Below are positions 9,239 to 18,642 of a stretch of 64,000 bases of DNA, piece by piece. A program made the position numbers and the translations under genes. The notes beneath the pieces were generated by a model. That model was given only the letters and a program-made list of their open reading frames with translations, did no database searches and was not told the origin of the DNA. How positions within the stretch are numbered: the first letter of the stretch is position 1; every line of letters begins with the position of its first letter. The stretch lies in the IMG/VR virus record IMGVR_UViG_3300020122_000238, positions 211,301 to 275,300 of that record. One strand, written 5' to 3'.

Positions 9239-9859
9239 TTGGTGTCCATAGAAGGGATGCCCCCTCGTCACCATCAACTAGACCCCCAAAGTGGAATGGG
9301 TATGAGCCCTCCGCACTGCCTCGTCTGTCGGGCCAGCTTCAACCCCAACGAGCCGCTCACCTCATGCGACCATATCTCGATCGACGACCTGAAGATCCAG
9401 ACAGTCTACGACATCGACATGGACGAGAAGCCCATCGGCATGGGGCTCTCGGGGGAGTGCTTCAACCTGAAGTGCCCCGACTGCAAGCAGACCTTCATGC
9501 AGCTCCGCAAGTCCATGCACGGGCTCTTCTATGGGTGCCCTTCCTACCCCGCGTGCAAGGGCACTCACGGGGCCAATGCGGACGGCGCTCCGAAGGGCAT
9601 CCCTGGAGACTTCGCGACCCGTCAGGCCCGTATAGCGGTTCACCTGGTCTTCGATCGTATATGGAATCAACCTGGCTCCAACCTGACCCGAATCCAGGCC
9701 TATACCTGGATGGCTTGGGAAATGAGGCTGGGAATCATGGAAGCCCATATCGCACGCTTCGACATTGAAATGTGCGAGAAGCTCGTCTCCCTGGTGAAAA
9801 AACACTTCGGGGTCACGAACGCGTGGGAAGCCATCCTCGACGACTCCATCTGGGATTGA
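9239..9859 (+). CDS. topoisomerase C4 zinc-finger / DUF3268-like protein with C-terminal tag
   Basis: CPDC...FYGCPSYPAC, RQARIAVHLVFDRIW, AYTWM, HIARFD..C; ends TNAWEAILDDSIWD; exact start uncertain. Confidence 0.7.
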   Translation: MVSIEGMPPRHHQLDPQSGMGMSPPHCLVCRASFNPNEPLTSCDHISIDDLKIQTVYDIDMDEKPIGMGLSGECFNLKCPDCKQTFMQLRKSMHGLFYGCPSYPACKGTHGANADGAPKGIPGDFATRQARIAVHLVFDRIWNQPGSNLTRIQAYTWMAWEMRLGIMEAHIARFDIEMCEKLVSLVKKHFGVTNAWEAILDDSIWD

Positions 9860-9883
9860 CGTCGTAAGACGCTACCCCGAAGG

Positions 9884-10108
9884 ATGGGTCCCCCAACAGC
9901 GTTTGCCGGGGGTTCATTTTGCGCCCGCGGACCCATGCGTCTTATCGACGGACCCTACGGCCGGTTCTACGGCTGCAAGCACTGGCCTGACTGTGTGTCT
10001 CGAATTCCGGCCGAGTATGACGGTACGCCGAAGTACCCGAAAAAGAAGCTGCCCCGAAGTCATTCGCGGGGCAGCTTCTTTCGGACGACTTCGACTAGTC
10101 GTTGGTGA
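9884..10108 (+). CDS. possible small C4 zinc-finger fragment
   Basis: MRLIDGPYGRFYGCKHWPDC resembles the upstream finger. Confidence 0.35.
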   Translation: MGPPTAFAGGSFCARGPMRLIDGPYGRFYGCKHWPDCVSRIPAEYDGTPKYPKKKLPRSHSRGSFFRTTSTSRW

Positions 10109-10541
10109 CGGTCTCGACCGTCCAGTAAGGCGGGAGGGGCTCGGCGATCCGAGCGGCCATGGCCTGGACGACGTCCAGGGGAGTTCCGTGCAGGTTCCGA
10201 GCTGCCGCCTTCTCGACAGAGCACTCGATGCGCAGGATGGCCGCCTCGTACCCGAAGGCCGAAGCCGCGAGCATGTAAGGCGCGATCTCGGCAACCGACG
10301 TGTTCGTGTTGTCGACGACGATGAGACTCCAGTCGGCCTCCAACGCAATGAGGAATCTCTTGAAGCACCTTCCGTGCGCTTCCCCGATCTTGGTGGGATC
10401 GAACTCATACTCCCCCGCCTCGTTGACCATGAATTGGTCGGTGGAGACGATGACCGCCTGGTTGACACCCTCGACCAGCTTTTTTGCAATCGTGGACTTC
10501 CCCGATCCCGACAGACCTTGCAAAACGATAACCTTCGGCAT
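10095..10541 (-). CDS. P-loop kinase, AAA_33 / N4BP2-like (polynucleotide-kinase-like)
   Basis: GLSGSGKST, STDQF, IVVDNTN, AARNLHGTP; class A motif upstream on the minus strand. Confidence 0.8.
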   Translation of the reverse strand: MPKVIVLQGLSGSGKSTIAKKLVEGVNQAVIVSTDQFMVNEAGEYEFDPTKIGEAHGRCFKRFLIALEADWSLIVVDNTNTSVAEIAPYMLAASAFGYEAAILRIECSVEKAAARNLHGTPLDVVQAMAARIAEPLPPYWTVETVTND

Positions 10542-10562
10542 GTGTACATCTACACAGGAAGA

Positions 10563-10605
10563 GGGAGGGGGATCAACCATATTTTCCCTGGTTGATCCCC
10601 CTCCC
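10563..10605. promoter_or_regulatory. back-to-back class A promoters forming a 17-bp inverted repeat
   Basis: GGGAGGGGGATCAACCA / TGGTTGATCCCCCTCCC; each TTGATC is 15 nt from (G/T)TGTA upstream of a divergent ATG. Confidence 0.75.
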
Positions 10606-10627
10606 GGTGTTTTTGTAAGACGACCAC

Positions 10628-11953
10628 ATGACGGCCACCCAAATGCACTTTCGGATCGATGGGGACGACTTCACTCGCATCGCCAGGGATTTCTTTCTGG
10701 AGGAGCGCCCTGATGCTGCGTGGCGCTTCATCACGGAAGGCCTGATGGGTGGTGAGCCAGGACAAGCCGAGCACTACGCCAAGCTCATCCTCAACGGAAA
10801 GACCAAGCTCATCGGCAACGAGACCGTGGGGCTGGAGCCGGTCGACGATGACGCGGCTGACTTTCAAAAGCAGGCCCGGTACATCTACGCCGGGCGCATC
10901 CGTAAAGAGGGCCGATGGTGGCGGCCGAGAGCCAAGGTCACGAACTTCGGCCCCGAGGATTGGCCGAAGGGAGCTGTGGCAGGTGATCAAGCCACCACGG
11001 CAGGCAAGGCGCATCTCCACGAGATCGGACGTCAGCGCGTCGCCCACTACGAGCTCAAGGACGAGCGCGTCTTCGATGTCGAAGGGGATTCCCTCATCTT
11101 CGAGCCGTGTGGAGAGCCACCGCATTGGTGGCCGGTTAACCGCACGACCGATGCCGCCCTCAAGGATTTCTTGGCCGCCGGGCGCAAGCTGGAGCTGGAT
11201 GGCTGGTCGCGTCGCTACCAGGTCCGTACCAAGAAGATCACCCCGCCGCCCCTCACGGACGACGAAAAGAGGGCCATTGCTGCCAAGCGGGCCAAGGAAG
11301 ACGAGGAAGATCGGAAGAAGATTGCAGCCTTCTCGATGAAGTGCACCATCATCGGGGCTCAGGTGGTGCTCCAAGCCGGCGAGGACACGTTCGACATGCC
11401 CTTGGAGGACGGGACGACGATCAAGGTCCCGCGGGCTCCGTTCGAAAACTGGGCCCTCCGGAACACGTCGCTGAGCCACCTCGCCCCGGCGTGGCAACCA
11501 ATATCCACGCCGGGGATGAAGATGCCGGGGGACGATGTCTTCCACACGGACTGGGTTCTCGGGGCCCAGCAGACGCTCAAGTCGGCCTATGAGGGCCCGG
11601 TCAAGGATGCCTCCTGGACTGCACGGTTCGATCTGCAACGGAAGCTGGGCAACTGGGAGTGTGGTGTCGTCGTCTCGGGGGAAGATGTGACGGGTGTGGT
11701 CGGCAAGGGCATCCTTGTGCTGTCCGACCTCGACCCCAAGAACCTCGAAGCCGTGATGAAGTCGAAAGCCGTCATCACGCAAGCGGGAGGGAGGCTCGCG
11801 CACCTGGCTCTGGTGGCCATGGAGCACTGCGTCCCGATCCTGCTTGTCCCCGACGCTCTGACCCGATACCCCAAGGGGGCGAAGTTGACCCTCTCGCCGA
11901 AAGACGGGAAGATCCACACGAGGGAGATCGGGGCCATCTACGACTGCGGTTGA
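10628..11953 (+). CDS. protein with C-terminal PEP-utilising enzyme mobile (phospho-His swivel) domain
   Basis: KAVITQAGGRLAHLALVAMEHCVPILLV...GAKLTLSPKDGKI matches the GGxxSHAAIVARE.GIP pattern; N-terminal ~330 aa unknown. Confidence 0.7.
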   Translation: MTATQMHFRIDGDDFTRIARDFFLEERPDAAWRFITEGLMGGEPGQAEHYAKLILNGKTKLIGNETVGLEPVDDDAADFQKQARYIYAGRIRKEGRWWRPRAKVTNFGPEDWPKGAVAGDQATTAGKAHLHEIGRQRVAHYELKDERVFDVEGDSLIFEPCGEPPHWWPVNRTTDAALKDFLAAGRKLELDGWSRRYQVRTKKITPPPLTDDEKRAIAAKRAKEDEEDRKKIAAFSMKCTIIGAQVVLQAGEDTFDMPLEDGTTIKVPRAPFENWALRNTSLSHLAPAWQPISTPGMKMPGDDVFHTDWVLGAQQTLKSAYEGPVKDASWTARFDLQRKLGNWECGVVVSGEDVTGVVGKGILVLSDLDPKNLEAVMKSKAVITQAGGRLAHLALVAMEHCVPILLVPDALTRYPKGAKLTLSPKDGKIHTREIGAIYDCG

Positions 11954-11983
11954 TCCCGGTCGCCCACTTGCTGTAGGTGAAAC

Positions 11984-12223
11984 ATGGACCGTCGAACCAA
12001 CTACGAAGATCGCACCATCCGTCGTCTGACCCGCATCATGTACCCCAAGTACGTGGAGGTCATGAAGAAGGGGGTGGCGCAGGGTGACATCTGGACCCTG
12101 AACGTCTCTGGGAAGAATGTCCTCGCCATCATCGGCGACGGAAACATCACCGTGATGGCGGATGGCGGGGGCTTCCGCCAGGTGGGCACCCCCAAGCGCA
12201 GCAAGTACACCCCCATCTTCTGA
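11984..12223 (+). CDS. hypothetical protein
   Basis: Class A motif at 11950-11975; strong codon bias. Confidence 0.75.
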   Translation: MDRRTNYEDRTIRRLTRIMYPKYVEVMKKGVAQGDIWTLNVSGKNVLAIIGDGNITVMADGGGFRQVGTPKRSKYTPIF

Positions 12224-12227
12224 CCCC

Positions 12228-12443
12228 ATGTCGACCCCTCAGCACCCTTCCCTGGAAGAACGCCTCAGTCTCTCTTGGGCCTCGTGGCTGCACTCGCATG
12301 AGGACGCAACACAGAAGTGCCCGGTGGTCCACTGCGAGCATAACCGCCCGCTTGGGACTATGCCGGGCTCCTCGTGTTGTTGCTCGTGGTGTCAAGGCCC
12401 GCCTTGGCCGATAAAAGAGCCGAATCCTAGTCCGAAGGTGTAA
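12228..12443 (+). CDS. small Cys/His-rich protein
   Basis: CPVVHCEH...CCCSWC; ends in GGTGTAA. Confidence 0.55.
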   Translation: MSTPQHPSLEERLSLSWASWLHSHEDATQKCPVVHCEHNRPLGTMPGSSCCCSWCQGPPWPIKEPNPSPKV

Positions 12444-12446
12444 TCT

Positions 12447-12911
12447 ATGGCGATGAACCCCGACGCCGTAGCCGTGTGGCAAGACTTGAAGACATGGGCG
12501 ATCCCTATCTTCGAGTGGTGCAAGGTGCATCCCTGGGGTGTTCTTACGTTCAACTTGTTCTTCGTCCTCGGGTGTTTCGACTCCTACCGCAGAGGGGCTC
12601 GCAAATACCGGCGTCTGGCAGAAGCTCAACAACTTCGAGACAGCAAACTGATCCGGGGCCTGGAGCAAAATGTGGAAAGTCGCATCCGGCGCCTGGACCA
12701 AGTGCAGCAAGCGCTTGCGGATCTTCGAGCGCAAGTCGCGTTGATTCGACCTGGGGGTGAGACAACGCCTGAACTCTTCCCCGAGATCCCGTCGCCACCC
12801 AAGAAGGCTCCGCGAAAGTCTCGGGCAAAGAAGGTCCCGCCGGAGCCGACCACATGGCACTCAAAGCTCCTCGACGACGGGGATGACATTGGGACGGCCG
12901 AGAAGAAGTAG
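12447..12911 (+). CDS. membrane-anchored coiled-coil protein with C-terminal tag
   Basis: One TM segment, coiled coil, ends EPTTWHSKLLDDGDDIGTAEKK; motif spacing suggests start at 12453. Confidence 0.75.
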   Translation: MAMNPDAVAVWQDLKTWAIPIFEWCKVHPWGVLTFNLFFVLGCFDSYRRGARKYRRLAEAQQLRDSKLIRGLEQNVESRIRRLDQVQQALADLRAQVALIRPGGETTPELFPEIPSPPKKAPRKSRAKKVPPEPTTWHSKLLDDGDDIGTAEKK

Positions 12912-12914
12912 ACG

Positions 12915-13658
12915 ATGCCTACCCCTGACGACGACATCCTCAAAGAGTACTGGGAAGACCTACAGGTTGGGCCGGTCCCGGACCCCACCCTCCCGAGCTT
13001 CTACGGGAAGCATCCTGGAGACCTGGTCATCGGGACATCCAAGGATCGGATCCTTGTTCGGATCCACCCCGACGGCACTCTGACCTATGGCCCGGACTAC
13101 ACGCCGGATGAAGCTGCGGTCGAGTTCTGGACGCAAATGTGCGTTCGTCGTATGGAGTCTGAAGAGCGGGTGATGCACCTCGGAGTCGTCGAGTCGATGC
13201 TCATTCGCATGGGGAACGCCGACCTCAACTACGAGGGCCGACAGAGGCAAGCTCAAGCCGAGGGCGCGACAGACCACGATCGCTTCCAAGCGGAGATGGC
13301 CCGACGCAACCTCGAAGCCATCGTTCACCAGACGATCGAATTCGGACGTGGCCTGGTCGCTCGTCCGGATGCTCCGGCTCCCATCGTGCCTGAACCTGCC
13401 CCCTCGGACGTGGACGGTCCTCCGGTCGATTACGAGCAGTATTCGTCCCCCATCGCGGATCCCCCTCCGACTCCGCGACCCTCGGCGAACCTTCAAGATG
13501 CGTGGAACATGATGAGCAACAGGCTCGAAGAGGCCGCAGCTCGTCGCCCCGTGGAGCACAGGCGAGCCCCTGGGTTTGGCAATGGCGTCGGGCCTTGTGT
13601 GTGTGGCGCTGCCTGGGATTTCAGGCAGCGTCGATGTTCGACCAGGAATTCTGGTTGA
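12915..13658 (+). CDS. hypothetical protein with N-terminal acidic-W tag
   Basis: Begins MPTPDDDILKEYWEDLQVGPVPDP. Confidence 0.75.
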   Translation: MPTPDDDILKEYWEDLQVGPVPDPTLPSFYGKHPGDLVIGTSKDRILVRIHPDGTLTYGPDYTPDEAAVEFWTQMCVRRMESEERVMHLGVVESMLIRMGNADLNYEGRQRQAQAEGATDHDRFQAEMARRNLEAIVHQTIEFGRGLVARPDAPAPIVPEPAPSDVDGPPVDYEQYSSPIADPPPTPRPSANLQDAWNMMSNRLEEAAARRPVEHRRAPGFGNGVGPCVCGAAWDFRQRRCSTRNSG

Positions 13659-13681
13659 GCGGATCAATCGAGTCGAAGATC

Positions 13682-13879
13682 ATGGAATTCGCGAGCATCG
13701 TCACTGAGTACCTCGAACTCGTTGGCTCGTATGCACTGGTCGACGAGTTCGAGGTAAGCCTAGTCACGGTCGAACGTTGGGCGACCGGCATTGCGACCCC
13801 ACACCCGAAGATCCAGGAGCTTGTCACGGCTTGGGTCCTCAAGCAGAAGCCGCTTGCAATTCTCGCTGTCTTGCTGTAG
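13682..13879 (+). CDS. small HTH-like protein
   Basis: EVSLVTVERWATGIATP resembles an XRE helix-turn-helix. Confidence 0.45.
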   Translation: MEFASIVTEYLELVGSYALVDEFEVSLVTVERWATGIATPHPKIQELVTAWVLKQKPLAILAVLL

Positions 13880-13917
13880 GCTGGTTTCTCTGGATCGGTC
13901 GTGGTGAGTGGGCATGG

Positions 13918-13950
13918 AAGCCCGGGAAGTTTTGACTTCCCGGGCTTTTT
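13918..13950. terminator. bidirectional intrinsic terminator
   Basis: 13-bp stem AAGCCCGGGAAGT/ACTTCCCGGGCTT plus T-run, between convergent genes. Confidence 0.8.
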
Positions 13951-14694
13951 TCATTGGCCAACGCCAGGCAGACGCACAAGTTTCAGGGCCCCGTTGTGGC
14001 TAACGAGAGGCGCCAGCTCGGGACTCCGGAACACGTCGAACAGGTGCATATCCTGACCGTCGACCGTGCAGCCCAACGAGACAAGGGTGACCGTCTGGCT
14101 GTAGTCCGTGTGCGCCATGTTGTGTCGCCACCCACAACCCTGAATGACGCGGACGAAGCGCCCCTTGGAGTCCTTCGAAAGAGAGACATTGGCTTCCCCT
14201 CGGATGCCCTTGTACCCCACGCCCTCGAAGTGCCAGCCGTAGTTCTCGACGAAGCCCGGGTGCGAGAGAATGGCGTTGTCGAGGACCCAGTGCTTGCCGA
14301 CGTTGCACACGAGGCCCTCAGGGTTCCCTTGCGCAGCGAGAGCCGTGTCAATCCGGCCGCTATGGGCGAGCATTGCAGCCGTTGAAGAATTGAACGGCTG
14401 AATCGAAGGCCCGAGAGTAACAACTTTCTGCGTCCAGATGAGATCCGCCAGCTTCGGGGTGAGTAGAGAACAGCCAAGAAGATCCGCGAGGTGCTGCTCC
14501 GTTTCGGCGGAAGCGTTGATCCGCACGCCCTCGATTTTGAGCGCATCCGAGAAGACCTGGAACTCGGCGTGGTGATCGCCATGGTCGGAGGTGACCGTGG
14601 ACCACAAGATAGGGTCAAAGGTCCCTTCTGCGACGAGTGCTCGGATTGCTTGTTCGCGAGCAGGGCCAGCGGACGGGGGAAGGTTCAGGCTCAT
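13951..14694 (-). CDS. hypothetical, enzyme-like (GKHWV, NYGWH, H...DYSQ)
   Basis: 247-aa ORF with clustered His/Trp/Asp motifs; family not assigned. Confidence 0.7.
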   Translation of the reverse strand: MSLNLPPSAGPAREQAIRALVAEGTFDPILWSTVTSDHGDHHAEFQVFSDALKIEGVRINASAETEQHLADLLGCSLLTPKLADLIWTQKVVTLGPSIQPFNSSTAAMLAHSGRIDTALAAQGNPEGLVCNVGKHWVLDNAILSHPGFVENYGWHFEGVGYKGIRGEANVSLSKDSKGRFVRVIQGCGWRHNMAHTDYSQTVTLVSLGCTVDGQDMHLFDVFRSPELAPLVSHNGALKLVRLPGVGQ

Positions 14695-14727
14695 ACTGAG
14701 GATCTTCCTAAAAAAACCCTATACACG

Positions 14728-15765
14728 ATGGCCATGATCGGACTCCGGGTGCCTCCCGAAACTGCTCAACTCCTGAAGCAGATCGACCTCAAGGGATTTG
14801 GGGTCCCCGAGCCTATGGATCAAGCGCACATCACGCTGCTCCATTTGGGGGATGATGTTCCGATTGAGTCTCTGACCGAGGCAATTCGGGTGTTGTACAC
14901 AGTGGCCTCGAAGACCAGACCATTTGCTGTGCAGACGAGCCGAGCGACAACCTTCCCGCCCCAAGATGGGAAGAAGACTCCCATGATTGCTCAGGTGGAC
15001 TCCAATGCCCTCCACGACTTCCACCGAGCCCTACAAGAAGCCTTCGAGGCTGCCGGGATCGACTTCTCGAAGAAGTGGCCCGAGTTCAAGCCTCATGTGA
15101 CTTTGGGGTATTCTAAAGACCCTTTGGTCGATGCAGACCACGTATTCGATGAGACTTTCCCTACGGTCGAGTGGGGCGCCCATGAAGCTGTGCTTTTTGG
15201 GGGTGACAAAGGAAAACAGACCATGATGGTAACAACCCCCTTCTCTCTGAGCCCCTTTCGCCAGGCTGTCCGACAGGCCATGTTCCGAGCTGCCAACCGG
15301 CCCTACGAACACGACCAGGAGGCTCAAAGCGAGAAGAAGGAGCTTCTTAAGAAGCTCGAATTGCTTTCCCAAGCAGCCTATGCTTCGGGAGACAACGCAA
15401 TGGCGTCCTTCGCAGAAAGTCTGGGGATGCAACTCGAACGAGCGGACACAGCCTGGAACTTCAGTCTCCCCCAAGAACGGAAACTCCGGGAAGGCCTACA
15501 ACAGTACCATCACCTGATGTCTCACCCGGCTGAGCTTGATCGACTGTTTGAAGAGAAGAACCGAGCCCCTCAAGTCAGCCCCGCGGAGCAGACGAGAAAC
15601 CTTCGGATCCGAATCAACCAGCTCCTCGATGCCGCGAAGCAAGATGGGGACAACTGGGTGATCAGTTTCGCAACCAATATCGGGAACATGGTGCGAAACA
15701 ACCGACAGCTATCTCCCGCTCAAAGCAACGCGCTGGAGAAAGCATTCAAGAAGTACCGTCTTTGA
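14728..15765 (+). CDS. 2H phosphoesterase (2'-5' RNA ligase/LigT-like) with helical C-terminal extension
   Basis: Two HxT motifs: AHITLLHLG and PHVTLGY. Confidence 0.8.
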   Translation: MAMIGLRVPPETAQLLKQIDLKGFGVPEPMDQAHITLLHLGDDVPIESLTEAIRVLYTVASKTRPFAVQTSRATTFPPQDGKKTPMIAQVDSNALHDFHRALQEAFEAAGIDFSKKWPEFKPHVTLGYSKDPLVDADHVFDETFPTVEWGAHEAVLFGGDKGKQTMMVTTPFSLSPFRQAVRQAMFRAANRPYEHDQEAQSEKKELLKKLELLSQAAYASGDNAMASFAESLGMQLERADTAWNFSLPQERKLREGLQQYHHLMSHPAELDRLFEEKNRAPQVSPAEQTRNLRIRINQLLDAAKQDGDNWVISFATNIGNMVRNNRQLSPAQSNALEKAFKKYRL

Positions 15766-16135
15766 GATTCGAGCCCCAGTAAATGACGTCATTCTGAGAG
15801 TACGACCTCGCGTGCCCCATTTCTTCGAGCCACGCGAGACCGTGCCGTAGAAGGGCAGAGGAGACCCCCGACGTCTTCCGCCACGCTTCGAGTTGGGGCC
15901 ACGTCCGAGGCTCCGACAAGTACTTGGAGATGGGGGCAGTCCACCCCACCCAACAGGGGTCCGTGAGAGTTGGAGCCCGCACATCCGAGAGCCGATGGTC
16001 GAACTTGTTCCTGGGAACCCCAGGAACAAGTTCGGGTTTTTTGGTGCGGGAGGGTCTCTTCACAGACGGGACTTTTGCTGCGGGGGCCACGTTGGAAACA
16101 GGGAACCCCAAGTCGTCTTCTGTCTCTTGCCACAT
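15746..16135 (-). CDS. hypothetical protein
   Basis: GGTGTA 9 nt upstream on the minus strand. Confidence 0.65.
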   Translation of the reverse strand: MWQETEDDLGFPVSNVAPAAKVPSVKRPSRTKKPELVPGVPRNKFDHRLSDVRAPTLTDPCWVGWTAPISKYLSEPRTWPQLEAWRKTSGVSSALLRHGLAWLEEMGHARSYSQNDVIYWGSNLKDGTS

Positions 16136-16198
16136 CCCCGTCCCTACACCGACATTTTTATCGTTGCAGGATTACCCAAAGAATCGTAGGAAATAGGT

Positions 16199-17008
16199 AT
16201 GGCCACCGTAATCGCCCAATGCAAGAGCTGTCATCAGATGATCTATTGGGAGGACCACATCGCCGGAGCGTGTTCCTGCCCTGAAGGCTCCTTGCGTCAG
16301 CTTCTCGCGCAGAAGCAACGTCGGCCGGCAACAATGGCTCGAACCGCGAGCCAAGCTCCAGTTCGTCAACAACTTCCGGACCTTACCCCCGAGATGCTCC
16401 TATCGAGCAGTGCCCTCCGAGAAATGCGAGCGGCCGAGGGCCACACGCATCGGATGCCTGCTCCTCGGCCTCCCCGAAATGAGGACAGGAACGCCTATCG
16501 GCGTGAGTATGCCGCCTCCTTCGACTCCGAGGATGAGCCCGCTGAAGACCCGGCGGCGTCCCTGGGGAGCCTGGAGGACATCTGGGGAGGGGCTGTGGCG
16601 AGGGATACCGGACGGCGAGGGAGCCTCGACATCGACTTCTCGACCGGGGAGCTGGATTACGAACCGCCTGTGCAGCAAGCACGGCCTTCGGGCATGGGAG
16701 CCGCCAGCCTTCCTCGCTTCAATGTCACCCGTCCTCCGGTGGATCAGACCGCGTTCCGCCGAGAGCTGGTCGGGGCCAACATGCGTGAGATCGGCCGGAC
16801 CCGAAACGGGCAGGTGATCTTCTCCGATCGGAGCACCCGCTCGGTTGATGAGCCCGCGCCTCGCCCCAGCTTCATCGAGCACACCTCCAGGACGGTGCCT
16901 GCCTCGCAAGCAAACGCCAGAACGGCCGCGATTCGAGCCGCGGAGCATGCGAAGCTCCCGACGGCGTTCGAGGTTCTACAGAGGCCCTTCCTCGAAGACG
17001 ACGACTGA
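16199..17008 (+). CDS. hypothetical protein (N-terminal Cys cluster, disordered) with C-terminal tag variant
   Basis: CKSC...CSC; ends LPTAFEVLQRPFLEDDD. Confidence 0.75.
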   Translation: MATVIAQCKSCHQMIYWEDHIAGACSCPEGSLRQLLAQKQRRPATMARTASQAPVRQQLPDLTPEMLLSSSALREMRAAEGHTHRMPAPRPPRNEDRNAYRREYAASFDSEDEPAEDPAASLGSLEDIWGGAVARDTGRRGSLDIDFSTGELDYEPPVQQARPSGMGAASLPRFNVTRPPVDQTAFRRELVGANMREIGRTRNGQVIFSDRSTRSVDEPAPRPSFIEHTSRTVPASQANARTAAIRAAEHAKLPTAFEVLQRPFLEDDD

Positions 17009-17049
17009 TTTGGGGTCGTCTTGGGAGTCCCTTGGTGTACTCTCAAGGA

Positions 17050-17440
17050 ATGGACCTCGAAGCATTCTCAAGCCCGCAATGAGGACGAGCGCCTGGAAAT
17101 GCAAGTCATCCTCGTGGGGCAAAAGGGGTCTGTCCCCGAGACGGTCAAAGACATCATTCAGGTTGTCCCGGACTTGTTCGAGATGACCATCGAACAAGTC
17201 CGTGATCATCTGGCTCATGTCCAGCCTCAGATCCCCACGTTCATCATCTTGCCCGAAGTGGCAGAGGAGCTGCTGGGGTTGAATCTGACGCAGATATACG
17301 CCTGTGTGACACAGGCGGTTCTGGACCTCAAGCTCACCCCGAACGAGCCCAACGAGCCCAACGAGCTGGTCCGTGGCGTCAGGGACATGTCCGCGGAGCT
17401 GGTCCGCCTGCATCGCAATCGTCTCTTCCCGGCCAAATAG
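17050..17440 (+). CDS. hypothetical protein (possible +1 frameshift near start, or start at 17099)
   Basis: GGTGTA-N10-ATG 17050 is out of frame with the long ORF; there is an in-frame ATG at 17099. Confidence 0.6.
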
Positions 17441-17477
17441 GCTCAGGACAGCCATGGGGCGGTGTAGTCCCGCCTCC

Positions 17478-17915
17478 ATGCTAGACATTTCTTCTCCCGA
17501 GTCCTTCATCAAGGGTCTCGAAGTCCTCAACACCCTCCGAGACCTCGTCGTCGACAATTCCACGAAGAAGGGCTTTCGAGCCCAGCTCATGTTGGGCTTG
17601 ACGGCAGCTCAGATCGCGGGCCCGATCGGCACCCTCATCCGAGCTGCCGTGATGACGATGAACGAAGTCGGCGAGCTGGCCGAGTTCTGGGAGTCGTTCC
17701 GGGATGGAACTCTCTTCTCGGAATGCGATAAGGCCGAGAAGATGCGCTTGATGGGGCTACCCGTTCTCACGAGTGCCGAAGAAGAAGTCGCGGACTCCTT
17801 CATTCGGAATCTCGATCGGGCAGAAGCCTTCAACGTTGATGTGGCGAAGGCGGTCGCCGTGAAGATGCTGATGAACGCAGGGCGCGCGCATCTTCACGGC
17901 GGAAAATTGGCATAG
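17478..17915 (+). CDS. hypothetical protein
   Basis: GGTGTA 11 nt upstream. Confidence 0.75.
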   Translation: MLDISSPESFIKGLEVLNTLRDLVVDNSTKKGFRAQLMLGLTAAQIAGPIGTLIRAAVMTMNEVGELAEFWESFRDGTLFSECDKAEKMRLMGLPVLTSAEEEVADSFIRNLDRAEAFNVDVAKAVAVKMLMNAGRAHLHGGKLA

Positions 17916-17946
17916 TTGGAGGAAGTGCTTGTAAAGCGTCTCAGGT

Positions 17947-18565
17947 ATGACACTGAGCGACGAAGCACGACAACAAAAAATTAGAGCCAAAGCTGAAGGA
18001 CGAGCTTGGAGGGAAGCCAACCCCAAGCTCGTCCTTCAGGGTATCCGGCGGTGTGCCCGATGTGGTTATATCGGGCAGCAAGAAACAGATTTCATTGCTG
18101 ATGCTCGGTGTCAAGGGGGCTACCGAAATGTGCCGAAAGTGTATTCGGGAATCTTCAGTCAAGTATCGTGAGACAAATCACGACGAGCTTCGCGAACGAT
18201 TCAAGAAGTGGCACCAAGCGAACATGGAAACATACCGAGCTAGCAAAAGAGCGTCTAACAAGAAACATGCGGTAAAGATCGCAGTGCAGAAGCGATCCGC
18301 TCGTCTCAAGCGGAATTATGGCCTCACGCTTGAGGATTACGAACACATGCTAGCGGAACAGGGGGGTGCATGTGCGATCTGTCACGACACTCCAAACGGG
18401 CGTTGGACGAAATTGAATATCGACCATTGCCACATAACCGGAAAAGTCCGGGGCCTTCTTTGCGTCAACTGTAACCGGGCTCTGGGGTATCTCAAGGATG
18501 ACCCCTCTAGGGCGATCCGTTGTGCAGAGTATCTTCAAATTAGCAAAGAAGGGAAGCTTCCCTGA
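17947..18565 (+). pseudogene. endonuclease VII-like HNH gene, apparently frameshifted near 18127
   Basis: C-terminal CAIC..IDHCHITGKVRGLLCVNCNRALG in 18053-18565; N-terminal CARC part in another frame (17947-18171). Intact counterpart at 39079-39633. Confidence 0.7.
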
Positions 18566-18578
18566 TGGACACTATTCC

Positions 18579-18634
18579 CCCGCGGATCCCGATCCCAAGC
18601 CGTACTAGTACGGCTTGGGATCGGGATCCGCGGG
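18579..18634. repeat. 56-bp perfect palindrome between convergent genes
   Basis: CCCGCGGATCCCGATCCCAAGCCGTACT|AGTACGGCTTGGGATCGGGATCCGCGGG, no loop. Confidence 0.95.
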
Positions 18635-18642
18635 AAGCGGGC

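Noticed and set aside
10550-12229. Long antisense ORFs (also 35089-36231, 37093-37974, 40900-41886, 46231-47280, 56368-57447)
   Set aside because: Shadow frames of GC3-biased real genes, with no motifs and no upstream elements.
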